From Spirochaetales bacterium (lineage in GTDB: Bacteria > Spirochaetota > Spirochaetia > CADAEX01): a stretch of 64,000 nt of DNA. The DNA is taken from the NCBI GenBank assembly GCA_024233785.1, contig JACKPD010000003.1, positions 40,190-104,189 on the forward strand. The letters are read 5' to 3'. The position numbers and the translations under genes are program-made. A model generated the notes under the pieces. The model was not told where the DNA came from. It did no database searches and saw nothing but the letters and a program-made list of their open reading frames with translations. This document shows, in pieces, positions 18,910 to 29,527 of this stretch; position 1 is the stretch's first letter; each line of letters opens with the position of its first letter.

Positions 18910-19623
18910 ATGACAATCAATAATCCCCAAAAAGAAGTGCAGGAAAGGGTTCTGCCGCTAATAAAAGAATGTTTTGAGAATAACCTTAAATCTGTAATTT
19001 TATACGGCAGCGCGGCAACTGGTTCTTTCAGCAGTAAATATTCAGATATCAATCTGCTGATCCTTCCTGAACAGAATAATTATAATTCTCTTATGGAATT
19101 CGGGAAAAAAGGGAAGAAAATAATCAAAAAATACAGAATCACGACACTTGTTTTATCTGTTGATGATTTTATCAACTCTGCAGATGTTTTCCCGATGGAA
19201 TACCATGATATCGCAGACCGCCATATAACAATTTTCGGCGATGATATTGTTGAAAAACTGTCCATTACCCGTACAAACATACGGCATCAGCTGGAGGAGA
19301 GGCTTAGAGGGCTTTCCAACCAGATTAAACAGTCAATTATAAACAGCGGCGGGAGCAGAATAACCTTGAGGGCAAATATGAGGTTTATTCCAGTAGCCGT
19401 AAAAACAATACTTCGTGCAGCGCTTCGTCTAAAAGGGATCAAAGCAGAAGTTTTACAGGGAGAAATGGTTTTTTCTGAGGCGGAAAAAGTCTTTGGCGCT
19501 GATTTATCAGGATGTCTTAAGTTAACAGGAAAGGACAAAGAAAAAGATATCTTCACACTGGCGGCAGTTTTACTTACGGGCATTGATAAAATAACATCAG
19601 TGATAGATTCAATGGATAATTAA
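18910..19623 (+). CDS. nucleotidyltransferase-domain protein (Pol-beta superfamily, KNTase-like)
   Basis: GS-x10-DxD motif (YGSAATGSFSSKYSDINL) and a helical C-terminal domain. Stop is 2 nt before the next start. Confidence 0.6.
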   Translation: MTINNPQKEVQERVLPLIKECFENNLKSVILYGSAATGSFSSKYSDINLLILPEQNNYNSLMEFGKKGKKIIKKYRITTLVLSVDDFINSADVFPMEYHDIADRHITIFGDDIVEKLSITRTNIRHQLEERLRGLSNQIKQSIINSGGSRITLRANMRFIPVAVKTILRAALRLKGIKAEVLQGEMVFSEAEKVFGADLSGCLKLTGKDKEKDIFTLAAVLLTGIDKITSVIDSMDN

Positions 19624-19625
19624 AT

Positions 19626-20420
19626 ATGAAAACATCCGGAAACAAAATAAATATATTTCTGCTGCTGCTGATTTTAGCTTTACCTGCATATATATCAGCA
19701 CAGATCCCCAAAAGCAGCGGATTTGTAACAGACCTTGCAGGTGTAATAAACAGCAGCGATAAAGAGATGATTGAGGCCGCGGCGGCAGAAATCAGGGATA
19801 AAACAGGCGCTGAAATAGCGGTTTTGACAGTTAAAACTATAGAGCCTTACGCTTCTATTGAGGAATTTGCGCTTGAAACTGCATCTGAATGGGGAATCGG
19901 GGAAAAGGGAAAGGACAACGGCGTACTTATCGCTGTAAGCACAGGAGAGAGAAAGCTGAGGATTGAGGTTGGCTACGGCCTTGAAGGGGCAATCCCTGAC
20001 GGCCTTGCAGGTTCCATAATGGATGATTATATGATTCCGTACCTGCGCAATAATGATTACAGCAGCGGCCTTAAAACCGGCTTTATCGCTGTGGCTTCGA
20101 TTGTCGCAAAAGAATACAATATTGAAATTGAAGGGAGCAGCTACAGGGAATCGATTCAATCCATGCAGACTCAAAGAAACAGATCAGGTGACAGCGGCGG
20201 CGGCCTGTCAATAATCTTTGTCCTTTTTGTGCTGTTCATAAGCGGCGGCAGAATATTCTGGCCGCTGTTATTTCTTTCAGCAATGTCGGGAAGAAGAGGC
20301 TACGGCGGCGGCTTCGGCAGCAGCTTCGGAAGGGGCGGCGGATTTTCCGGAGGAGGAGGATTTTCCGGCGGTTTCGGCGGCGGCGGCTTCGGAGGCGGCG
20401 GCGCATCGAGAGGATTTTAA
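19626..20420 (+). CDS. TPM-domain protein (YgcG/TLP18.3 family) with TM and Gly-rich tail
   Basis: Signal/anchor, conserved TPM core (SGFVTDLAGVI...), C-terminal TM and GGGFGGGG low-complexity tail. Confidence 0.75.
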   Translation: MKTSGNKINIFLLLLILALPAYISAQIPKSSGFVTDLAGVINSSDKEMIEAAAAEIRDKTGAEIAVLTVKTIEPYASIEEFALETASEWGIGEKGKDNGVLIAVSTGERKLRIEVGYGLEGAIPDGLAGSIMDDYMIPYLRNNDYSSGLKTGFIAVASIVAKEYNIEIEGSSYRESIQSMQTQRNRSGDSGGGLSIIFVLFVLFISGGRIFWPLLFLSAMSGRRGYGGGFGSSFGRGGGFSGGGGFSGGFGGGGFGGGGASRGF

Positions 20421-20519
20421 GTTTTTGCAATAATATGTTTTTCTCTCGCCGGATGCAGGAATACATGCGGCAACAGGGGAAAAGATAATTATATATAATC
20501 AAGGAGAAGACAGATAAAA

Positions 20520-21101
20520 ATGAACAAGAAATTGCTTTATATTGTTGTACCTGTACTTGTGCTGATACTGATAGCAGGATCACTTTTTTCATGGTATATC
20601 AACGCAAGGAACCAGCTTGTGTATCTTGAAGAGAATATTGACGCCTCCTGGGCAGAAGTTGACAATCAGCTTCAGAGGAGAAGCGATCTTATCCCCAACA
20701 TAGTCTCAACAGTGAAGGGTTTTGCCTCCCAGGAAAAAGAAGTATTTACAAACATAGCAAACGCCAGGGCAAAACTTGCAGGGGCTGCTACAGTTTCTGA
20801 AAAAGCCGAAGGTGCAAACCAGATGGAAAGCGCCTTATCAAGACTGCTTGTTGTTGTTGAAAACTATCCCCAGCTTAAATCTGACCAGAATTTCATAAGG
20901 CTGCAGGATGAGCTTGCGGGGACAGAGAACCGCCTGGCTGTAGCAAGGAAAAGATATAACGACGGGGTTAAAATATTTAACGCTAAAATAAGAATGTTTC
21001 CATCATCAATTATAGCGGGAAATATGGGGCTTGAGAAAAAGCCTTATTTTGAAGTATCCGATGCTGCAAAAGAAGCTCCCAAGGTAAATTTCGGCAGCTG
21101 A
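20520..21101 (+). CDS. lemA: LemA family protein
   Basis: N-terminal TM and LemA signature region. AGGAG SD. Confidence 0.85.
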   Translation: MNKKLLYIVVPVLVLILIAGSLFSWYINARNQLVYLEENIDASWAEVDNQLQRRSDLIPNIVSTVKGFASQEKEVFTNIANARAKLAGAATVSEKAEGANQMESALSRLLVVVENYPQLKSDQNFIRLQDELAGTENRLAVARKRYNDGVKIFNAKIRMFPSSIIAGNMGLEKKPYFEVSDAAKEAPKVNFGS

Positions 21102-21119
21102 TATTTAATGCTGATAAAC

Positions 21120-21153
21120 AAAAAAGCTGTACCAGTCTGGTACAGCTTTTTTA
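21120..21153. terminator. bidirectional intrinsic terminator
   Basis: A5 - agctgtacc / ggtacagct 9-bp stem - T6. Lies between convergent lemA and dnaJ. Confidence 0.8.
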
Positions 21154-21221
21154 TGATTAAACTGAATAATTTATTGTTCTTCACCTTCAGCATACAAAGC
21201 TTTGTATAAAACGCGCCTTAT

Positions 21222-22352
21222 TTAATTTATGGAAGAGAGCTTTACCGGGGTAGGGTTTTCAGTCTCGTCTGAAATTGCAGCTAGTTCCTCCAGGAGCTTT
21301 TTCTGCTTTGATGAAAGACGTTCAGGAACAAGCACCTGTATTTTAACATAAAGGTCCCCTCTCTTTGATGAATTATGAAGATAGGGAACACCCTCCCCCC
21401 TTAATCTGAGAACCTTGCCGTTCTGTGTCCCGGAGGGGATTTTCATCCTCACCTTTTTTTCATCAAGCGTTTTAACATGGATCTCAGCTCCAAGCGCTGC
21501 CTGGGTAAAGGAAATAGGGATAAGACAGTAAAGGTCCTCTCCGTTTCTTTCAAAGTATTCATGCGGACGCACATTTATGAAAACATAAAGGTCGCCCGGT
21601 TCCCCTCCATTGGGGCCGGCATCGCCCTGAGACGGGATGCTTATCCTTTTGCCTGTTTCAATACCTGCAGGTATAGTAACCTTTATTTTCTGCTTTTTCC
21701 TGTTTACGCCTGTGCCGGCGCATGATGTGCAGGGATTTTCAAGAATAAATCCTTCCCCGCGGCAGGTCGGACATGGGGAAGCTATTGAGAAAAAGCCGGA
21801 ATTCCTTCTGACCTGGCCGGTTCCGCCGCAGGTACTGCAGGTCTTTCTGCCTGTACCTGATGCCGCTCCTGACCCTCCGCAGGTTGAGCAGCTGTTATTT
21901 CTGTTATATGCAATCTCAACCTTTGTGCCGAATACCGCGTCTTTAAAAGATATATCAAGATTATACCTTAAATCAGAGCCTCTCTGGTGGGACGCCCCCT
22001 GAGGCCCCCGCCGTGAACGTGAACCCTGACCGCCGAAAAAAGAATCAAATATCCCTGAAAAATCTCCAAAAATATCTTCAAAATCCCTGAAAACTGTTGA
22101 ATAGTCATGTGCTCCCGCTCCCATACCATCAACACCTGCAAAACCGAACTGGTCGTAGGTCTGTCTTTTTGTATCATCGCTCAGTACTTCGTAGGCTTCT
22201 GTTGCTTCCTTGAATTTCTCTTCAGCTTCCTTGTTTCCCGCATTTTTATCGGGATGAAACATTATCGCCAGTTTTCTGTATGCCTTTTTTATTTCATCCC
22301 TGGTCGCCCCTTTCGGAACGCCAAGGACTTCGTAATAATCCTTTTTAGCCAA
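21222..22352 (-). CDS. dnaJ: molecular chaperone DnaJ
   Basis: J domain with HPD. G/F region. Four CxxCxGxG zinc-finger repeats. Confidence 0.95.
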   Translation of the reverse strand: MAKKDYYEVLGVPKGATRDEIKKAYRKLAIMFHPDKNAGNKEAEEKFKEATEAYEVLSDDTKRQTYDQFGFAGVDGMGAGAHDYSTVFRDFEDIFGDFSGIFDSFFGGQGSRSRRGPQGASHQRGSDLRYNLDISFKDAVFGTKVEIAYNRNNSCSTCGGSGAASGTGRKTCSTCGGTGQVRRNSGFFSIASPCPTCRGEGFILENPCTSCAGTGVNRKKQKIKVTIPAGIETGKRISIPSQGDAGPNGGEPGDLYVFINVRPHEYFERNGEDLYCLIPISFTQAALGAEIHVKTLDEKKVRMKIPSGTQNGKVLRLRGEGVPYLHNSSKRGDLYVKIQVLVPERLSSKQKKLLEELAAISDETENPTPVKLSSIN

Positions 22353-22386
22353 TGTTTATGTCTCACTTTCCTGAATGGTCAAGGAT

Positions 22387-24342
22387 TTATTTTTTATCAT
22401 CATCAACAACTTCGTAATCAACATCTTCTACATTTGAATTTGAACCTGAAGTTCCCTTATCTTTGCCGCCTTCGCTGCTGCCGCCGGCTTCAGAAGCGGA
22501 ATTGCCCTGCGGCGCCTCCTGTGCTCCGGGAGCCCCCTGGGAAGCGTTTTTATACATTTCTTCCGCAAGTTTATATGAAGCTGTTTTAAGGCCTTCTATC
22601 TTCTTTTTAATATCTTCTATATCTGATGTTCCTACAGCTGATTTAAGATCATTCAATGCAGCTTCTGCTTTACTCTTATCTTCTGCAGATATCTTATCGC
22701 CGTATTCCTTGAGGGATTTTTCTGTAGTATAGATAAGGGCATCAGCCTCGTTCTTGACTTCGATTTTTTCCTTCTCTTTTCTGTCTTCCTCTGCATGAGC
22801 GGCTGCATCGTCTACCATTTTCTTTATTTCTGCTTCGCTTAAGCCTGAAGATGATTCAATCCTTATCTTCTGTTCCTTGCCTGTTGCAAGGTCCTTTGCC
22901 GAAACATGGACTATACCGTTTGCGTCAATATCAAACGCAACCTCAATCTGAGGAATGCCTCTTGGAGCAGGCGGAATACCTACAAGGTCAAATTTCCCAA
23001 GTGTCCTGTTCTGGGAAGCCATTTCCCTTTCCCCCTGAAGGACATGAATTGATACCGCAGTCTGGCTGTCCGCAGCAGTAGAGAAAACCTGGCTCTTTCT
23101 GGTAGGAATTGTTGTGTTTCTCTCAATGAGTTTTGTAAAAACACCGCCGAGCGTTTCAATTCCAAGCGAAAGAGGAGTAACATCAAGAAGAAGAACATCC
23201 TTTACATCACCGCCTAAAATACCGCCCTGTATGGCCGCGCCCATTGCGACAACTTCATCAGGGTTTACACTTTTATTAGGTTCCTTTTTAAATACTTCCT
23301 TGACAATCGCCTGCACGGCAGGAATCCTGGTCGACCCTCCGACAAGAATTACTTCGTCAATATCAGAAGCGGTCAGCCCCGCATCTTTCAATGCTTTGGC
23401 ACAAGGGTTTTTGGTACTCTGAAGAAGGTCCTCAATCATCTGTTCAAATTTTGATCTTGAAAGATTATAAAGAAGGTGTTTTGGACCGCTTGCATCCGCT
23501 GTAACAAATGGAAGGTTTATATCTGTTGACTGAGTGCTTGAAAGTTCAATCTTTGCTTTTTCTGCCGCTTCCTTGAGTCTCTGAAGCGCCATTTTGTCTT
23601 TGGAAAGATCTATTCCGGTATCTTTTTTAAATGTATCAATCAGCCAGGAGATTATCCTCTGGTCAAAGTTGTCCCCCCCGAGGTGTGTATCCCCGTTTGT
23701 TGATTTTACTTCAAATACACCGTCGCCGAGTTCAAGAATGGAAATATCAAAGGTACCGCCGCCAAGGTCAAATACAGCTATTTTTTCATCTTTTTTATCT
23801 TTTCCGAAACCGTAGGCAAGAGATGCTGCTGTTGGCTCATTAACAATTCTTTTTACATCAAGCCCTGCAATCTTTCCAGCGTCCTTGGTCGCCTGTCTCT
23901 GCGAATCATTGAAATACGCGGGAACTGTTATTACAGCTTCTGTTACAGGTTCTCCAAGATAGTCTTCTGCCGTCTTTTTCATTTTCTGCAGTACCGCAGC
24001 AGATATCTCAGGAGGCGAATAATGCTTTCCTCTTACATTTACCCGTATGTCATGATTGGATGTTTCTTCCATGTTATAGGGCACCAGACTAAGTTCCTGC
24101 TTTACTTCGGAAAATTTATTTCCCATAAATCTCTTGATGGAATAAACAGTATTTTCCGGATTTGTAATAATCTGGTTTTTTGCAGGCTGCCCGACCAGTC
24201 TTTCACCTTTATCTGTAAAGGCAACTATTGAAGGTGTTGTCCTCTGTCCTTCTGAATTCTGGATAACAACAGGTTCTCCCCCTTCCATTACTGCCACACA
24301 AGAGTTGGTTGTTCCAAGGTCAATGCCGATTACTTTTCCCAT
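22387..24342 (-). CDS. dnaK: molecular chaperone DnaK (Hsp70)
   Basis: [16 protein letters not shown] and other canonical Hsp70 motifs. 651 aa. Confidence 0.97.
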   Translation of the reverse strand: MGKVIGIDLGTTNSCVAVMEGGEPVVIQNSEGQRTTPSIVAFTDKGERLVGQPAKNQIITNPENTVYSIKRFMGNKFSEVKQELSLVPYNMEETSNHDIRVNVRGKHYSPPEISAAVLQKMKKTAEDYLGEPVTEAVITVPAYFNDSQRQATKDAGKIAGLDVKRIVNEPTAASLAYGFGKDKKDEKIAVFDLGGGTFDISILELGDGVFEVKSTNGDTHLGGDNFDQRIISWLIDTFKKDTGIDLSKDKMALQRLKEAAEKAKIELSSTQSTDINLPFVTADASGPKHLLYNLSRSKFEQMIEDLLQSTKNPCAKALKDAGLTASDIDEVILVGGSTRIPAVQAIVKEVFKKEPNKSVNPDEVVAMGAAIQGGILGGDVKDVLLLDVTPLSLGIETLGGVFTKLIERNTTIPTRKSQVFSTAADSQTAVSIHVLQGEREMASQNRTLGKFDLVGIPPAPRGIPQIEVAFDIDANGIVHVSAKDLATGKEQKIRIESSSGLSEAEIKKMVDDAAAHAEEDRKEKEKIEVKNEADALIYTTEKSLKEYGDKISAEDKSKAEAALNDLKSAVGTSDIEDIKKKIEGLKTASYKLAEEMYKNASQGAPGAQEAPQGNSASEAGGSSEGGKDKGTSGSNSNVEDVDYEVVDDDKK

Positions 24343-24434
24343 AATTTTTCTCCTAATATCTTTTACCCAAATAAATATTTAACGCACAATAATATGTTTT
24401 TCCCTGATAACCAGGTACTCATCATCCGGCAGCT

Positions 24435-25097
24435 TTATTCTGCCTCTTCTCCTGAAGCATCTTCGGCAGCTTCATTAACCGGCTGCTCTTCTTCAGGCAT
24501 AAACACCTTCACCTTTGCGTTTCTAATTACCCTGCTGTTTAAAATATAGCCATTTTGGAACACTTCGGCCACAACAGGTTCATTTAAACCTGCTTTTTTT
24601 TCCACCATAACAGCTTCATGCATTTCCGGATCGAATTTAGCATTTGAACTGTCAAACCTTACAAGGTTCCATTTGCCCTCAAGCAGGGATACAAATCTTT
24701 TTTCGATAAGTGTAATTCCCTCATGAAACTTATCAAAATCCTTCGAATCCTGTGAAGAATTTATTGCCCTTTCAAAATCATCAATAATATTAATCAGGTC
24801 AATCAGGAGATTTGTATTGGCGAATTTAACGGTATCTTCTTTTTCCCGTATCATTCTCTTTCTGAAATTATCAAAATCAGCCTGTTTCCTGAGAAGACTG
24901 TCTTTTAGAAGCGCTGCCTCTTCTTCAGATTTTTTAAGTTTTTCCTGAAGATCATCCACTATTTTAAGGTATTCCTGATTTTTATCAGCGGATTTAGGCT
25001 GCTCCTGTTTTAAATCATCTTTTTTGATATCCTCTTTCTTCTCATCAGTATTTTCCTGCTGTTTCCCCTTTCCCTTCTCCTGATTCTGCTCATTCAC
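24435..25097 (-). CDS. grpE: nucleotide exchange factor GrpE (with K/E-rich N-terminal extension)
   Basis: GrpE core in the C-terminal 150 aa. GTG start per ORF track. Confidence 0.9.
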   Translation of the reverse strand: MNEQNQEKGKGKQQENTDEKKEDIKKDDLKQEQPKSADKNQEYLKIVDDLQEKLKKSEEEAALLKDSLLRKQADFDNFRKRMIREKEDTVKFANTNLLIDLINIIDDFERAINSSQDSKDFDKFHEGITLIEKRFVSLLEGKWNLVRFDSSNAKFDPEMHEAVMVEKKAGLNEPVVAEVFQNGYILNSRVIRNAKVKVFMPEEEQPVNEAAEDASGEEAE

Positions 25098-25227
25098 TAT
25101 TAATATCCCTACGATGTGATTTTATTATAATAATTTTAATTGTTAAAAATAAAATACTAATGGAGCAATAAAGCGTCAAGAGTTTATAGAATAATGATTA
25201 AAAAATGGTTATCGGCGCCTTTAATAC

Positions 25228-28200
25228 TCACTTTTTAGGCATAATTTCCAGGATAAGCTCAACTTCGCCCCTGCTCAAACCTGTGGCCTGGGCAATATTT
25301 TCAGAAGTCCAGCCCTGGTGCGCAAGTTTTACAACCATTTCCCTCTTGTCAATGGAAGGGGCGCCCCCCTTCTGAGATTTTTTATTCTTGTTATCCTTGT
25401 CTATAAGAGTCCCAAGGAGCGCAATATTTTCTTCCGCTTTTTTACCTGTTTCTGTGAGCCTGGTTTCCGTACGCGCAATCCATTCCCTGGCCTGCTGCAT
25501 CTTCTCTATCCGTTCTTCAACATCGCCGAGCACCCTGGTGAGTTTGCCGAGGCTTTCCATGGTTTTATCTGCGTCTTTCTTTTCCAGGTTTATCTTTTTA
25601 AACCTGTTTTCAAGTTCATTAAGCCTCATCGGCAGCATATCAGTTATTTCTGAAAGCCCTGCAAGGCTTTTTTCCATCTGCTGGAGAATCTGGAAATTCC
25701 TGTCGACACCTTCTGTTGTTGTTTCAATTATACTTTCCTTTTTTTCCAGTCTCTGGAATTTTTCAGTTATATCCTTGAAAAGGGTATCGAAATTTCTGAG
25801 TTTGACATCAATTTCCTGGAGATTATCATAAACACCGGTTATATGATCGAGTTTTATATCCACAGCCTGCGACATATTAAGCAGTTTCTTGAAATCGCCT
25901 TCAATCTCGTCGATTTTACGTTTTTCAGCAAGGAACCGGTTGAGTTTTGATGATACTTCATCACCAAGTTTTCTTATGCTGTCAAATTTTTTCTCTGCTG
26001 CTTTAATATCCTTGCTCTGGGCATCAACCTTTATGATATCGCCTTTAAGGTCATCTATTTTTTCCTGTAAAATTGTCTTGAGCGAGTCTGCCCTGTCAAA
26101 AATCTTTGTCTGCCCTATGAAATTTTTCTGTTTCTTGTCTATATCATCGAGGGTGATGCTTAATACTCTTGCGCTTTCCGACATCCTCCCCATCATCTTT
26201 TTTTCCGTACTGTCGATTCTTTCCCTTACTTCCTGTACTCCTGTCTTGAACTCCTTGATCTTGTTATCCACTTCCTGTTCAAGCTCTCTTGTTTTCTTCA
26301 TAAAATCAATCAGGAATATTTCTGAATCATTTTTCATCTTTTCCAGCGCAGTCTGGGATTTTTCCTTTAGTTCATCATTTAGAAAACCTATATTGGCTGC
26401 TATTTCCGCAAGCTGCTGGCTGTAGAGTTCTCTTGTCTTTTTTGAATCATCAATCAGTTCAGTTTTTTCCCGGGCATATTCCTTTTTAAGCTCTTCAAGC
26501 AGGCGTGCGACATCTTCCCTGAGTTTAAGGTTCTGTTCTGAAAGAACATCCCTGCTTGCTTTCATATCCTGATCAAATCCCGCGTACCAAGCCTGCATAT
26601 CAGATTTCGTACTGTCAAGATTCGCGAATATATCCTTTTTATTCTCCTCAATCGCCTCATCAAACTGTGAAAGCCGCTGTCCCATCTCTTTTTCATACTG
26701 CCGGAGTTTTTCATCAAGCCCTGTGTGATAATCGGCGAACTGTTTGTTGAAATGATTGTAGCTTGATACTTTAATATCTTCTGTCTCGGATTTGATTGAT
26801 ACTTCAAATTCTTTGACATTATTATCTACAAGAGCAAGTTTTTCATCTATTTCATTTTTAAAAATACTTATCTGATTTTCATATTTCTGGTACTGGGAAT
26901 TAGCTTTGATCTGTATTTCATTCAGCTTCTCTTTAAGGCTTTCAACGCATTTATTCTCTATTTCTTCCCTCATTCCAAGTTTTTCCGCGCTTATTTTTTC
27001 TATTTTAGCTGTTATCCCCTGCTGCCATGTTTCAAGTTCCCTGTTTATGGATTCATTTCTGACTTTAAGGTCCTTAAAGAAATCATCTTCAAATACCTGG
27101 AGCTTTTCTGTAACATTCTCATAGGATTTTTTCTTGAGTTCATCAATTCTGTTTTCAAGTGTTTCAAGAACTTCTCTTATTTCTGAAAAATCCCTGTCAA
27201 GTTTTACTTTCTGTTCACTTTTCTCAGCATCCAGTGAAACTTCAAAAGTATGGAAATCGTCCCGCATCCTTTCGCTCACCTTGTCAATCATGGATTTGAG
27301 ATTTTTCTCCATCAGCTCGATATCTTTGCTGAATCCCTCTATCCCCTCAATGCGGTAATTAAGGCTTGATTCATATTCTGTAATCCCCCCCTCGAGCCGT
27401 GAAAGATTAGCTATTACACGGGAATCAACCTCTTCTATCTGCTTGAGAAGGTCAATTTTTACTGTCTCAGCATTGCGAAGGATCTGTTTTTTAATATCAT
27501 CAAACACCTTGTCCTGATAGTTTTCCCCTTCCTGTTCACTCATATTAAGTTTAGCAATGTATTTCTCTTCAATTTCATCTGCCTTATTTTTGAATTTGAG
27601 AATAAAGGAGGCAACATCAGCCTCAAGTTTCTTTGAAAAATCCGAAACAATAAAATTTCTTTTATCATCAAGCTCGGAAATAAATTTATTCCAGGATTCA
27701 AGCCTTTTGTTAAAATCATCTGAAATAAGGCCTATCTCCTTTCTCATTTCGCTGATCTGGCCGTTTTTACCAGCCATAGATTCCTCAAAGGTTCTTATTT
27801 TCTCAAGAGATGCTTCATAATTCTTTAAAGAATTTTCCTGGGTTTCAACATATTTTTTCTGAATTGTTTTTTCAAATTGGACCATTTCAGCGCTGATCCT
27901 GTCAAACTGTTCTTTAATCCTGTTTTCAAGAAGAGCAAGATTTCCTTCAATATCTGAATTGATATCATTTGATTTATCTGTTATTTCTGATTTTATTCTG
28001 GCAAAAACCTCTTCGCTCAGGGTTTTGCCCTGTTCATCAGTTTCAAAAAGCCTTGACCGGAATTCATCTTCTGATTTGGACATATTGCCCTGAAATTCCT
28101 CAGCCAGATCATCAAGCTCGCGTCTGATGGTGTTAATTACCTCATCCCCGAGAGAATCCCTCCGCTTTTCAAGCTCAGAAATATAATCTTTAAAATCTTC

Positions 28201-28782
28201 CAGATTTTTCCTGTTATCCTCAATTCTATCTTTTATTGTATTTGCCTTGAGTTCTATATCGTTAAAAACACCGATCTTAAGCAGCTCCATGGCTTCGCTG
28301 TTTTTCCTGTTGAAATCCTCGGATATGGCAGGAATCCTTCTCTCGAGTTTCTCGATTGATACAGCCGATTCTTTAAGAACCTTTCCAATACCATCTACAA
28401 AAATTGATTCTTCATGAAGTTTTTTCAGGTTTTCATCAACACGGGAAGTCATATCCGCCAGTTCCTTTAAAACGGCATCATAATTATCCAGCTGCTGGTG
28501 GATTTTTTCAACTTCTTCTTCCCGTTGTGCTAGTTCTGCGCTTCTCTGGTCTATTCTGTTATACACTTCCTTAACTGTTTTCTCATGTACTTCAAGTTCT
28601 ATTGAAAGATCTTTAAGCCCCATGGCCTTTTCCTCTACAATAGCATCAAGTTCTTCCTTGATTTTCCCGAAATACTTTCTCATTTTGTCGAGACTTCTGT
28701 TGTTTACATCTATCTGGCGGTATACAAGAAGTATTACCACTACAATGGCAATTGTGAGAAGGTTTCCTAACGAAAAAAGCAT
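25228..28782 (-). CDS. giant membrane-anchored coiled-coil protein with C-terminal HTH-like motif
   Basis: 1184 aa. Single N-terminal TM. About 1100 aa of E/K-rich heptad-like sequence. C-terminal ...GWTSENIAQATGLSRGEVELILE resembles a sigma-r4/resolvase-type HTH. No NTPase motifs. Confidence 0.5.
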   Translation of the reverse strand: MLFSLGNLLTIAIVVVILLVYRQIDVNNRSLDKMRKYFGKIKEELDAIVEEKAMGLKDLSIELEVHEKTVKEVYNRIDQRSAELAQREEEVEKIHQQLDNYDAVLKELADMTSRVDENLKKLHEESIFVDGIGKVLKESAVSIEKLERRIPAISEDFNRKNSEAMELLKIGVFNDIELKANTIKDRIEDNRKNLEDFKDYISELEKRRDSLGDEVINTIRRELDDLAEEFQGNMSKSEDEFRSRLFETDEQGKTLSEEVFARIKSEITDKSNDINSDIEGNLALLENRIKEQFDRISAEMVQFEKTIQKKYVETQENSLKNYEASLEKIRTFEESMAGKNGQISEMRKEIGLISDDFNKRLESWNKFISELDDKRNFIVSDFSKKLEADVASFILKFKNKADEIEEKYIAKLNMSEQEGENYQDKVFDDIKKQILRNAETVKIDLLKQIEEVDSRVIANLSRLEGGITEYESSLNYRIEGIEGFSKDIELMEKNLKSMIDKVSERMRDDFHTFEVSLDAEKSEQKVKLDRDFSEIREVLETLENRIDELKKKSYENVTEKLQVFEDDFFKDLKVRNESINRELETWQQGITAKIEKISAEKLGMREEIENKCVESLKEKLNEIQIKANSQYQKYENQISIFKNEIDEKLALVDNNVKEFEVSIKSETEDIKVSSYNHFNKQFADYHTGLDEKLRQYEKEMGQRLSQFDEAIEENKKDIFANLDSTKSDMQAWYAGFDQDMKASRDVLSEQNLKLREDVARLLEELKKEYAREKTELIDDSKKTRELYSQQLAEIAANIGFLNDELKEKSQTALEKMKNDSEIFLIDFMKKTRELEQEVDNKIKEFKTGVQEVRERIDSTEKKMMGRMSESARVLSITLDDIDKKQKNFIGQTKIFDRADSLKTILQEKIDDLKGDIIKVDAQSKDIKAAEKKFDSIRKLGDEVSSKLNRFLAEKRKIDEIEGDFKKLLNMSQAVDIKLDHITGVYDNLQEIDVKLRNFDTLFKDITEKFQRLEKKESIIETTTEGVDRNFQILQQMEKSLAGLSEITDMLPMRLNELENRFKKINLEKKDADKTMESLGKLTRVLGDVEERIEKMQQAREWIARTETRLTETGKKAEENIALLGTLIDKDNKNKKSQKGGAPSIDKREMVVKLAHQGWTSENIAQATGLSRGEVELILEIMPKK

Positions 28783-28797
28783 ATTACATCTCCAGTA

Positions 28798-29472
28798 TCA
28801 GATGTTTACAGAATCAAGAACAATAGTCTTGAGTTTTCTGTAGTTAAAAAACGTAAAATCTGCCGCGCTGTTTTTTTTCCTGAACCGGCTGAAATGTGCT
28901 GACAGCATTCCGGCATTATTGGCTCCCATTATATCATAAAGATAATGATTACCGACATAAATAATTTTCTCCGGAGTTATCCCGAGACGGTCAGCCATGA
29001 CATCAAAGGCTTTTTTCCCGGGCTTTAATATTCCAAGTTCATCCGCTGAACAGACTTCATCCCAGTAATTATCAAGACCCAAAAATGAAAGCTTTTCTTT
29101 CACAGGAAAATCAGAAATTATACCAAGTTTTATTTTTTTAATTTTAAATTCCGAGAGGACCTCTTCCAGGATCCTGTATGGTTTTATCCATCTGAACATT
29201 GAAATAAACTGGCCGTATATATATTTTTCCAATAAGTATTCAGCTTTTTCAGGCGGTATATGCATTTCCTGTGCCAGAAGATTTGCCTGAAGCTCCCTGA
29301 AATTACCGGTATGCTCAATTTTTCTGATTTTTTTTCTCATCCGCCTGAAAGAAGGGGCAAGCAGAGGATGGAGCATGAAAAAAAGGACTGAAATGATATA
29401 CATTTTATAATTGGGGTATAAAGTTCCATCTACATCAAAAACAACTGCTTCAATATTATATTTACTCTGCAT
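28798..29472 (-). CDS. HAD-superfamily hydrolase
   Basis: DxDGT motif I (VVFDVDGTLY) and downstream HAD motifs. Confidence 0.7.
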   Translation of the reverse strand: MQSKYNIEAVVFDVDGTLYPNYKMYIISVLFFMLHPLLAPSFRRMRKKIRKIEHTGNFRELQANLLAQEMHIPPEKAEYLLEKYIYGQFISMFRWIKPYRILEEVLSEFKIKKIKLGIISDFPVKEKLSFLGLDNYWDEVCSADELGILKPGKKAFDVMADRLGITPEKIIYVGNHYLYDIMGANNAGMLSAHFSRFRKKNSAADFTFFNYRKLKTIVLDSVNI

Positions 29473-29527
29473 GTGTATTTTTAACGTAAATTATATCTAT
29501 TTTCAATATTAGTATCAAATTTATTTA

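Noticed and set aside
20281-20420. GGC-rich simple repeat as a hypervariable or phase-variation tract
   Set aside because: It encodes an in-frame Gly-rich C-terminal tail typical of TPM/YgcG proteins. It is not a homopolymer or a short-unit slippage tract positioned to shift frame.
25098-25227. CIRCE, HAIR or CtsR operator upstream of grpE
   Set aside because: No match to TTAGCACTC-N9-GAGTGCTAA or the other boxes. Only a weak sigma32-like pattern is noted, in the findings.
25318-28843. Multiple plus-strand ORFs of 60-178 aa inside the giant coiled-coil gene
   Set aside because: Ser/Phe/Leu-rich translations of the antisense of GAA/AAG-rich codons. No SDs.
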